Source of the DNA: an uncultured Solirubrobacteraceae bacterium
Lineage (GTDB): Bacteria; Actinomycetota; Thermoleophilia; Solirubrobacterales; Solirubrobacteraceae
Direction: 5' to 3'
Length of the DNA: 64,000 nt
Assembly: GCA_963763695.1 (NCBI GenBank)
Contig: CAVXPM010000001.1
Location: forward strand, 116,963 to 180,962
Under the pieces are notes generated by a model. That model had not been told where the DNA came from. It searched no databases and saw only the letters and a program-made list of their open reading frames with translations. Made by a program: the position numbers and the translations under genes. Of the stretch, positions 18,818 through 27,169 are shown piece by piece. The stretch's first letter is position 1, and each line of letters begins with the position of its first letter.

Positions 18818-18899
18818 AAGTGCAATGACGGTTGCACGCATTGACATGCTTTTTTCGGGTTCTCCCCGCAAATGCGGCAGATCGCTAAGGTCCCCGCCC

Positions 18900-20129
18900 A
18901 TGCGCGCCCCCCGCCTTGCGCCGTTGCTCGCCGTGCTCGCGCTGTGCGCAGGAGGCCTGCTCGCCGGCTGCGGCAAGGGATCGCCCGCGCCATCCGCGCC
19001 CGCTGGAGGAGGACCGGCGCGCAGGATCGCCCCGGTGACGGCCGCGGGAGCGGTCAGCGTGGTGACGCGCAACACCACCCGCCTCGGCGGCGACGCGGTG
19101 GCCACCGACGCGGCGGCGGTGGCGCGAGCGGTGTATCCGGGCCTGACCGCGGCGACGCGCCCGCAGCTGGTGGTGCTGGTCGATGCGCGCAACTGGCCGG
19201 CCGCGCTGGCAGCGTCGCAGCTCGCCGGAGCGCCGCTACAGGCACCGATCCTCTTCAGCGAAGGCGACGTGCTCCCGCAGGTCAGCCGTGAAGCCCTCGA
19301 AACGCTCGAGCCGCTCGGCGCCTCCGCGCTGGGCGGCGTGCAGGTGCTGCGGATCGCGACCAACGCGCCGGTGCCCAAGGGCTATCTGACGCGTTCGCTG
19401 CCGGCCGCCGAAGCACCGCTGCTCGCGGCGAGCATCGAGCGCCTCGGACGCAGCGCGGGCGCAGCGGCGGCCCATCAGGCGATCGTTGTGCCGGCCGACG
19501 CCGCCCATGCGATGCAGATGCCGGCCGCCGGCCTGTCAGCCGAGAGCGCTGCACCGATCCTGCTCGTCCAGGGGGGCCATGTCCCCGCTGCCACGAAGGC
19601 GGCGCTCGTGGCTCTGCACCGGCCCTCGATCTACGTGATCGACGCGTCCGCGGTGGGCTCCTCGGCGCTGGCGCACCTGCGCCACCTCGGCTCGGTCACG
19701 GAGATCTCCGGCTCGGGCTCCGCCGAACAGGCGGGCGCCAACGCGATCGCGGTAGCGCGCTTCACCGACGGGCGCTTCGGCTGGGGGATCAAAGAACCCG
19801 GCCACGGCCTGGTGTTCGCAAACGTGAGCAGACCGCTGGACGCCCCCGCGGCAGCGCTGCTGTCGGCCACCGCCGACTACGGCCCGCTGCTGCTACTGGA
19901 AGCAGCGAGCCAGGTCTCCCCGGCGCTGGCCTCCTATCTCGGCGACATCCAGCCGGCATACACCGAAGCGTTCAACTTCCGGCCCGTGAGGGGTGTCTAC
20001 AACCACGGCTGGCTGATCGGTGACGTACACGCGATCGCACCGGTCACGCAGGCCGAAATAGACTCCCTGCTCGAGATCAACCCGCGCAAGCAGACATCCG
20101 AAGAATCGTCGGCCGGTCAGGTCGAATAG
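18900..20129 (+). CDS. Lipoprotein with cell-wall-binding repeat 2 (CWB2)-like modules
   Basis: Lipobox LLAG-C; TRLGGDAVATDAAAVAR...WPAALAASQLAG..APILFS repeated architecture. Confidence 0.7.
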   Translation: MRAPRLAPLLAVLALCAGGLLAGCGKGSPAPSAPAGGGPARRIAPVTAAGAVSVVTRNTTRLGGDAVATDAAAVARAVYPGLTAATRPQLVVLVDARNWPAALAASQLAGAPLQAPILFSEGDVLPQVSREALETLEPLGASALGGVQVLRIATNAPVPKGYLTRSLPAAEAPLLAASIERLGRSAGAAAAHQAIVVPADAAHAMQMPAAGLSAESAAPILLVQGGHVPAATKAALVALHRPSIYVIDASAVGSSALAHLRHLGSVTEISGSGSAEQAGANAIAVARFTDGRFGWGIKEPGHGLVFANVSRPLDAPAAALLSATADYGPLLLLEAASQVSPALASYLGDIQPAYTEAFNFRPVRGVYNHGWLIGDVHAIAPVTQAEIDSLLEINPRKQTSEESSAGQVE

Positions 20130-20139
20130 AGAGGCAAGC

Positions 20140-20445
20140 GTGAGCCAGGCAGAGGATCCCCGTCGAGTGAGCCGCAAGCAGAGCACCCACGATGTGACGC
20201 TCGAGGACGTGCGTCAGCTGATGGGCGCCTCCACCCCCCACTTCGCCCTGCAGTTGCGCAACCGCATCGCCAACCTGATCGCCGATCTGGCGCCCGAGCA
20301 CCCGGCGCGCATCGAAGGCGAACGCGAGATCGCGCGCCTGCAGCAGCTCGGCTTCAACGGCGAGACCCGCGGCGAGGGCGCAGCCGAGGGCGAGCGCCCG
20401 CTGCCGTCGTTGAACCTCGCGACTGCGACGCAGCCGGACGCCTGA
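20140..20445 (+). CDS. Small hypothetical protein
   Basis: Coding-like codon usage, starts 11 nt after the lipoprotein stop; GASTPHFALQLRNRI segment. Confidence 0.65.
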   Translation: MSQAEDPRRVSRKQSTHDVTLEDVRQLMGASTPHFALQLRNRIANLIADLAPEHPARIEGEREIARLQQLGFNGETRGEGAAEGERPLPSLNLATATQPDA

Positions 20446-20474
20446 GAGGAGAGCTGCTCCAGGCGCGAGCCGCG

Positions 20475-21020
20475 CTAGCCGCCGCCCGCGAACGTGCGCT
20501 CGCGGCGGGCGTCGAGGAAGCGCAGGCGCAGCACTTTGAACAGGAACGTGACGAGCGCTGCGTCGATCAGCAGGAGCGGGATGTTGACCCAGCGCGGGAC
20601 CTGCGTGAAGGCGGCGAGCCCGAGGATCACGATCGAGTGAAATGCGATCGTGGGCAGCAGCGCCAGGATCAGCGTGTGGGAGCGGTAGCCGCTTCTGTGC
20701 TCGCGCAGCGTCACCTCGATCGTGCCGAGAGCCACGGCCAGCAGCCCTGCGAGCAGGGTCGGGCCGCCGCTCGAGAAGCCCCCGGACTTCGCGCGGCTGA
20801 AGCCGACGATCGTGCCGATCGCTCCGACCAGGATCAGCAGCTCTGACAGCGGCAGCGGATGCCACGGCGCCCGTGGGCGCTCGCCGACGGACATCGGCGC
20901 ACGGTATGCGCCGGGATCGCGCTGTGCAGGACGGCTCTGCACACGCGCAGGATGCTCGGCGGGCGAAGCTCCCCGCCGCTTGCGCGAGCGCCCGCGCCGC
21001 CCGGTGTTGCGCTTCGTCAC
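20475..21020 (-). CDS. Hypothetical membrane protein
   Basis: Basic N-terminus followed by about 4 hydrophobic segments. Confidence 0.65.
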   Translation of the reverse strand: MTKRNTGRRGRSRKRRGASPAEHPARVQSRPAQRDPGAYRAPMSVGERPRAPWHPLPLSELLILVGAIGTIVGFSRAKSGGFSSGGPTLLAGLLAVALGTIEVTLREHRSGYRSHTLILALLPTIAFHSIVILGLAAFTQVPRWVNIPLLLIDAALVTFLFKVLRLRFLDARRERTFAGGG

Positions 21021-21094
21021 CGCGCAAGCTTAGAAGCCCGGGCCTGCTCGCGCGCGCCGTTTCGACGTCGAGTCCACCGCCTATCCTCTGGCTC

Positions 21095-22424
21095 GTGTCC
21101 TCGCTCTCATCGCCGGCCCGACCGCAGGCCGCGGGTATTCCCGACAGCGCCCTCGCCGGTCCCTTTCCGGTCGGCGAGTACGCGGCGGCTCTGCGGTCCA
21201 AGCTGCGCTCGTTCGCGCACGTGCAGCTGATGGGCGAGCTGGTCAACCTGCGCACGGCGCGGGCGCGCGTGTACTTCGAGCTGCGCGACGCATCCGGCGC
21301 CGTTGCCTGCAGCGCCTGGCGTGAGGACTGGGATGCGATGAGCGCGCGGGCCGGCGGCGTTCCCGGGGAGGGCATGCAGGTCGTCGTGGCGGGCGGCTGT
21401 GACTACTACCCGGGCAGCGCGACGTCCTCGCCGTCGTTCTCGTTCTCGGTGCTCGACCTGCGCCTGGCCGGCGAGGGCGATCTGCTCGCCCGAATCGAGC
21501 GTCTGCGCCGCCGGCTCGACGGCGAGGGTCTGCTGGTCCACCAGAAGGCGCTGGCGATGCCCCTGCTTCCACGCAGCATCGGCGTGATCACCGGCGAGGG
21601 GGGCAAGGCGCGCGATGACGTCCACGCGGCGCTCGCGCGTCGCGGCTGGGCGGGACGCCTGGTGTGGGCGTTCACACCGGTGCAGGACCGCCATGCGGCG
21701 CCGGCGATCGTGCGCGCCCTCGGCGACCTCGCGGCGGTGGCGCGAGTCGACGTGGTGATCGTGGCGCGCGGCGGCGGCTCGCTGGCCGATCTGCTGTGCT
21801 TCTGCGACGAGACGCTGTGCCGTACGGTGGCGCTGCTGGGGGTGCCGGTGATCGCCTCGGTCGGGCATCACACCGATCGCACGCTGCTAGACGACGTGGC
21901 AGCTGTCGAGCTGCTCCACGCCGACCCACGCGGCGGAGGCGGCCGTCGGCGTGGACTGCCGCCGGGCGCGCACGGAGCAGGCGCTGCGCGCGGCGCGGCT
22001 GCGTGAGCACGGCCGCCGAGCGGTCCTCTCCCGCGCCCGCCAGCTGGCGATGCTCTCCCGCGCGCCCTCGGCGCACCTGGAGCGCCAGCGTGTGCGCCTG
22101 CACCAGCAGTTGCGCGAGATCCGCGCAGGTTCACGCCGGCGGGCGGAGTCCGAGCGCGCGCTGAGCGAGCGCAGGGCGATCGTGCTCGCGCGCAAGGCCG
22201 GCTCTGCGGTGCGCGACTGCCGCGAGCGCCGGCCACGCGAGCTCGAGCGCCTCGCGCTGGCGCTCGCCGGGCACGATCCCCAGCGCACGCTCGAGCGTGG
22301 CTATGCGCTGGTGCAGACCCCGACGGGGGCGGCGGTGGCCACGGCGAGGGAGGCGCTGGCGAGCGCTGAGCTGCGCCTGCGCTTCGCCGACGGCTCGCTG
22401 CCGGCCAGGATCGTGGAGCCGTGA
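21095..22424 (+). pseudogene. xseA: Exodeoxyribonuclease VII large subunit, split by a +1 frameshift near 21908 (or sequencing error)
   Basis: VYFELRD, IVARGGGSLADL, VIASVGHHTD in one frame. The conserved STPTHAAE and HDPQRTLERGYALV are in the +1 frame after 21908. Confidence 0.85.
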
Positions 22425-22681
22425 GCGGGCCTCCCGAACGGTCCTCCGTGGAGGGCGGGGCGCCGCCGCTCAGCTACGAGGCGGCCACCACCAGGGTCGA
22501 GGAGATCATCCGGCGCCTGGATTCGGGCGAGGCCAGCCTCAACGAGACGCTCACGCTGGTGGCCGAGGGAAAGACGCTGATCGAGCTGTGCGCGAGCGAG
22601 CTGACGGCGGTCGGCGATGCGCTCGAGGAGCTGCGCTTGGACGAGCTCGTGACGCGCCTGGAACGCGAGGCCTCCTCGTGA
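22421..22681 (+). CDS. xseB: Exodeoxyribonuclease VII small subunit
   Basis: LSYEAATTRVEEIIRRLDSGEASLNETL; GTGA overlap with xseA. Confidence 0.9.
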   Translation: MSGPPERSSVEGGAPPLSYEAATTRVEEIIRRLDSGEASLNETLTLVAEGKTLIELCASELTAVGDALEELRLDELVTRLEREASS

Positions 22682-23727
22682 GCACATGGGAGTCCCTGTC
22701 GGGGCTGACGGTCGCGATCGAGGACTACTCCCTGCAAGCTCTGCAGGCGACGGTCTCCAGCGACTTCGAGCGCAAGAGCACGGTCATCCGCCTGCGCGGC
22801 GCGGGCGAGCATGGTGACGGTGAGGACGTCACCTACGACGCGGTCGACCACGAGATCCTGCAGGCGGCCGGCGCAAGCCTGCCGCTGGCGGGCAGCTACA
22901 CGCTCGAGTCCTTCAGCGCGCGCCTGGCAGAGCTGTCGCTGTTCGGCGAGGCGCCCCAGCGCGAGGTCTCGGCGCGCTATCGCACCTGGGCGTATGAGTC
23001 GGCTGCGCTCGACCTCGCGCTGCGCCAGGCGGGCCTGACGCTGCACGAGGCGCTGCAGCGAACGCCCGAGCCGGTGCGCTTCGTGGTCTCGCTGCGCCTC
23101 GGCGAGCCGCCATCCATGGATCCGCTGCGCAGGCGCCTGGCGCTCTATCCGCAGCTGCGCTTCAAGCTCGACCCGACGAGCTCCTGGGATGAGCGGCTGA
23201 TCGAGGAGCTGGTTGCGACGGGGGCGCTCGACTCGGTCGACTTCAAGGGACTGTACGTCGGCTCGATCGTCGACCAGCCCGCCGATCCGCTGCTCTACCG
23301 GCGCGTGGTCGAGGCCTTTCCGCAGGCGTGGATCGAGGACCCGGCGCTCACGGCGGAGACCGATGCGGTGCTCGAGGCGCACCGCGATCGCTTCTCCTGG
23401 GATGCACCGATTCACTCGATCGAGGACATCCGCGCGCTGCCCTATCCGCCGCGGATGGTCAACATCAAGCCGTCGCGGCTCGGCGGCCTGCGCAACCTGC
23501 TCGACGCCTACGACTACTGTGCCGAGCAGGGCATCGGCAACTACGGTGGAGGGCAGTTCGAGCTCGGCGTGGGGCGTGGGCAGAATCAGTACCTGGCGTC
23601 GCTGTTTCACGCCGACGCACCCAACGACGTGGCGCCCAGCGCCTTCAACCTGCCCGACCCGCCAGCGGGCCTGCCCGCGAGCCCGCTGCCCCCTGAACCA
23701 TCCGAGGTCGGCTTTCGCTGGGGGTGA
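22678..23727 (+). CDS. Enolase-superfamily-like protein of unknown function
   Basis: Barrel-end motifs FKLD, VDFKG, WIEDP, WDAP, NIKPSR, YGGGQFELG; GTGA overlap with xseB. Confidence 0.65.
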   Translation: MSTWESLSGLTVAIEDYSLQALQATVSSDFERKSTVIRLRGAGEHGDGEDVTYDAVDHEILQAAGASLPLAGSYTLESFSARLAELSLFGEAPQREVSARYRTWAYESAALDLALRQAGLTLHEALQRTPEPVRFVVSLRLGEPPSMDPLRRRLALYPQLRFKLDPTSSWDERLIEELVATGALDSVDFKGLYVGSIVDQPADPLLYRRVVEAFPQAWIEDPALTAETDAVLEAHRDRFSWDAPIHSIEDIRALPYPPRMVNIKPSRLGGLRNLLDAYDYCAEQGIGNYGGGQFELGVGRGQNQYLASLFHADAPNDVAPSAFNLPDPPAGLPASPLPPEPSEVGFRWG

Positions 23728-23855
23728 GGCTCCCGCGAGCGCAACTTCCATGGCGCTCCTACGTTTCCCAAGCAGAGCCGGTAACGTCGGATTTCGCTGA
23801 TCGGACCGGGCAACAGCCTCCGACGAGCCGCGGGCCGCGGGGGCAAAGGAGTTTC

Positions 23856-25436
23856 GTGATCTTGGCGAGTGCAGCCGCCCACAAGCGATCGATTCATCTG
23901 CTGGCAGCTGTGGCTGTTGCGCTGGCGCTTGCCCTCGGCGCGGGCGCGACCGGCGCGCCGGCGGCCAGCCCCGGCGGCACGCGGGCGGCTGGGGCGCCGA
24001 GCACGGCTGCGACCCCGACGCCGAGAAGCACCACGGTTGCACCGACTGCGACGAGCACCAAGCCGGCGTCGTTGCACATCACCACCGTGCGCATCACCCA
24101 TGTCAACTGCACGCCCGCGAGCCGCTGCAGCGGCAACCCGCACCAGGTCTCCGTCCACGGGACGCTGGCTTTGCAGGGCATTGGCCTGGAAAGCGGCATG
24201 CTCGTCGCCTTCCCCAAATCGCCCGGCGCGCACATCGCCCGCAACTCCCCGGCCGCGCACCTGCGCGCCTCCAGCGGCGGCTTGATCGTGACGGTTCCCG
24301 CCAACGCGCACTCGGGGCGCATCATGGTGCTGCTCAGCCACGGGCGCTACACGAGCTCCTACGGGCCGATCTATCTCTACAGGCACGTCCTGCACCCTCC
24401 GGTGGCGACCGTCTCGGCGCCGGCGAGCATCGGCGCGGTCAGCGGTAGCGCCTTCGACGGGCAGGGCATGTGGATCTGGTATGTGGGCAAGTCCAACGGC
24501 GGCAGCGTCCCCGCGATCATCGCGCAGGCGCACGCGGCGGGGGTCAGCACCGTGTTCGTCAAGAGCTCCGATGGCTCCACCAACTACTGGAGCCAGTTCT
24601 CGCCGCAGCTGGTGGCCGAACTGCACGCTGGCGGCTTGAAGGTGTGCGCGTGGCAGTACGTCTACGGCTCGAACCCCGCGGGCGAGGCCGGACTCGGCGC
24701 CGAGGCGGTCGCCAACGGCGCCGACTGCCTGGTGATCGACGCGGAGGCCGAGTACGAAGGCCACTACTCGGCGGCTCAAACCTACATCAAGGATCTGCGC
24801 GCGAAGATCGGCGCCAACTACCCGCTGGCGCTGGCGTCCTTCCCCTACGTGTCCTATCACTCCACGTTTCCCTACTCGGTGTTCCTCGGCCCTGAAGGCG
24901 CGCAGTACAACGCGCCGCAGATGTACTGGCACGACATCGGCGTTTCGGTTGACACGGTCTATGCCAACACCTACATCGCCAACCGCATCTACGGGCGCCC
25001 GATCTTCCCGCTCGGACAGACCTACGGCGGTGTATCGAGCTCCGATCTGCTGCGCTTCCGCGAGGAGGCGGTCGACTACGGCGCCACCGGCTGGTCCTTC
25101 TGGGACTGGCAGGAAACCGGGCACAGCGGCTGGAGCACGCTGGCGAGCGCGCTCGCTCCACTGACGAGCGTGACCGCCAACACGAGCTATCCCGAACTGT
25201 CGAGCGGAAGCAGCGGCGATCAGGTGCTGTGGATGCAGGAGCACCTCGCAAGCGCAGAGCCCGCGCTGGAAACCTCCGGCAAGTTCGACTCTCAGACGGC
25301 CGCCGACCTGCGTGCCTTCCAGACCGCACACGCGATCGCACCCAGCGGCGTCACCGACGCCCCCACCTGGGCTGCGCTGCTGAGCCTGCCCGCGGTTGCT
25401 GTCGACTGGACAGGCGGGGGCCCCAGCGGCGGCTGA
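23856..25436 (+). CDS. Secreted peptidoglycan-binding protein with GH25-like TIM-barrel domain
   Basis: Signal peptide, Thr/Ala/Pro linker, VFVKSSDG and LVIDAEAEYE; C-terminal PG_binding_1-like LSSGSSGDQV...FQTAHAIAPSGVTDAPTW. Confidence 0.7.
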   Translation: MILASAAAHKRSIHLLAAVAVALALALGAGATGAPAASPGGTRAAGAPSTAATPTPRSTTVAPTATSTKPASLHITTVRITHVNCTPASRCSGNPHQVSVHGTLALQGIGLESGMLVAFPKSPGAHIARNSPAAHLRASSGGLIVTVPANAHSGRIMVLLSHGRYTSSYGPIYLYRHVLHPPVATVSAPASIGAVSGSAFDGQGMWIWYVGKSNGGSVPAIIAQAHAAGVSTVFVKSSDGSTNYWSQFSPQLVAELHAGGLKVCAWQYVYGSNPAGEAGLGAEAVANGADCLVIDAEAEYEGHYSAAQTYIKDLRAKIGANYPLALASFPYVSYHSTFPYSVFLGPEGAQYNAPQMYWHDIGVSVDTVYANTYIANRIYGRPIFPLGQTYGGVSSSDLLRFREEAVDYGATGWSFWDWQETGHSGWSTLASALAPLTSVTANTSYPELSSGSSGDQVLWMQEHLASAEPALETSGKFDSQTAADLRAFQTAHAIAPSGVTDAPTWAALLSLPAVAVDWTGGGPSGG

Positions 25437-25511
25437 GCAGCGGGCGCCCGCGTCAGCGACGTGGCAGACCGCGAGGACCGGTGAAACGGCGCGCTGCCGG
25501 GACCTGCGGCG

Positions 25512-25595
25512 CCGAGCACAACCACAGGTGAGCGACTCCACCCGAGCACCACAGGTGAGCAACTCCGCCCGAGCACGACCACAGGTGAGCAACTC
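25512..25595. repeat. Three tandem 27-30 bp direct repeats
   Basis: CCGAGCAC(A/G)ACCACAGGTGAGC(A/G)ACTC units at 25512, 25542 (3-nt deletion) and 25569. Confidence 0.9.
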
Positions 25596-25598
25596 AAA

Positions 25599-25670
25599 GG
25601 CAGGGCCGCATGCGGCCCTGCCCGGGGGCGCGCATGCGCGCCCCCGCCTGCCGGCGCATGCGCCGGCAGG
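25599..25670. repeat. Three abutting perfect 24-bp palindromes
   Basis: GGCAGGGCCGCATGCGGCCCTGCC / CGGGGGCGCGCATGCGCGCCCCCG / CCTGCCGGCGCATGCGCCGGCAGG, each checked base by base. Confidence 0.95.
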
Positions 25671-25781
25671 AACATCAATCGATCTGACGGGCAAGAGCCA
25701 AGCGAGGCAAGGACGCAGGAAGCGCCGTGTGCTCGGGCACACAAGCGACCGAGGACGTAGCCTCGCGCCGGCTATCGCACG

Positions 25782-26954
25782 TCAGACGCGCTGGATCAGC
25801 GTGCCTGTGCCGAGCCCGCCACCGCAGCACATCGTGACCAGGCCGATCTCCTTGTCTGAGCGCTCGAGCTCGTGCAGCAGTGTGGTGATCAGGCGAGCGC
25901 CGGTGGAGCCGAGGGGGTGCCCAAGCGCCATCGCCCCGCCGTTGACGTTGACGCGGTCCATGTCCGGGCTCAGCTCGCGCCGCCAGGCGGCGACCACGGG
26001 CGCGAACGCCTCGTTGATCTCGAACAGGTCGATGTCGTCGATCTTCATGCTGTTGCGTTCGAGGATCTTGCGCGTGGCCGGAATCGGTCCCTCGAGCATT
26101 TTGACCGGGTCACAGCCGACGGTCGTCTGGTCGACGATCCGCGCGCGCGGGGTGAGACCGAGCGCCTTGGCCTTGTCCGCCGACATCAACAGCACAGCGG
26201 CCGCGCCGTCGGAGATTTGGGATGCGTTGCCCGCTGTGATCTTGCCGTCGGGCTTGAACGCCGGCTTCAGCTGCGAGAGCGCCTCGAGGCTCGTTTCGGG
26301 GCGGATCCCCTGGTCGGTGACGTAGGTGTCGCCGTTGACGCTCATCGGCACGATCTCGCGCTCGAAGCGGCCCTCCTCGGTCGCCTGGTGGGCCAGCCTG
26401 TGTGAGCGCACGGCGAGCTCGTCCAGCTCTGCGCGCGAGATCTCCCACTGGTCGGCGATCATCTCGGCGCCGAGACCCTGCCCGACGATGTTGTGCTTGG
26501 CCATCAGCTCAGGGGTGAAGGCGTAGCCGAAGTCCTCCTGGGTCTTCATGCCCGCCGCGAACGGCAGGTGGCCCATGTGCTCAACGCCCGAGCCGATCAT
26601 CGCGTCGTGTACGCCGGCCGCGATCAGGGCTGCTGAGAAGTTGACCGCCTGCTGCGCCGAGCCGCACTGGCGGTCGACGGTGGTGCCCGGCGTCTCGATC
26701 GGCAGGCCCGCCTGCAGCCATGCGTTGCGAGCGATGTTGAAGCCCTGCTCGCCAAACTGCTGCACGCAGCCGGCGATCACGTCCTCGACCTCTGAGGCGT
26801 CGACGCCCGAGCGCTCGATCACCTCGGTGTAGACCTTGGCCAGCAGCGTGTTGGGGTGGGTGTCCTTGTAGTAGCCCTTCTCCTTGTGCCCGCGTCCAAT
26901 CGGGGTGCGCACTGCCTCCACGATCACTACTTCGCGGCCCTCTGGTTGCCTCAT
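25782..26954 (-). CDS. Acetyl-CoA acyltransferase (thiolase)
   Basis: TVDRQCGSAQQA, NASQISDGAAA, EINEAFA, GHPLGSTG, MCCGGG motifs. Confidence 0.95.
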   Translation of the reverse strand: MRQPEGREVVIVEAVRTPIGRGHKEKGYYKDTHPNTLLAKVYTEVIERSGVDASEVEDVIAGCVQQFGEQGFNIARNAWLQAGLPIETPGTTVDRQCGSAQQAVNFSAALIAAGVHDAMIGSGVEHMGHLPFAAGMKTQEDFGYAFTPELMAKHNIVGQGLGAEMIADQWEISRAELDELAVRSHRLAHQATEEGRFEREIVPMSVNGDTYVTDQGIRPETSLEALSQLKPAFKPDGKITAGNASQISDGAAAVLLMSADKAKALGLTPRARIVDQTTVGCDPVKMLEGPIPATRKILERNSMKIDDIDLFEINEAFAPVVAAWRRELSPDMDRVNVNGGAMALGHPLGSTGARLITTLLHELERSDKEIGLVTMCCGGGLGTGTLIQRV

Positions 26955-27108
26955 CTCAGGAGTCCTCCTACGTGTGTTGCCCAGTTGAATATTGAAGGGA
27001 TCGAGTGCCCGTCCAGTTGGGCCGGGAGCCGATCCCGAGGAGGTCGGGGCGCGTCTGGGAAACTGCCCGCAGCCTGCGCGTCTACTGTACCGCGTCCCGG
27101 CCCATAGA

Positions 27109-27124
27109 TTGACTGGTCAGTCAA
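27109..27124. promoter_or_regulatory. Operator-like palindrome between divergent beta-oxidation genes
   Basis: TTGACTG-GT-CAGTCAA. Confidence 0.6.
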
Positions 27125-27169
27125 CCACCGCTGAGCGGTCGTGTCATCCCCCACGAGCAAAGGAGCACA

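Noticed and set aside
25512-25670. Possible CRISPR mini-array
   Set aside because: The repeats are head-to-tail with no unique spacers, the palindromes differ from each other, and there are no cas genes in the window.
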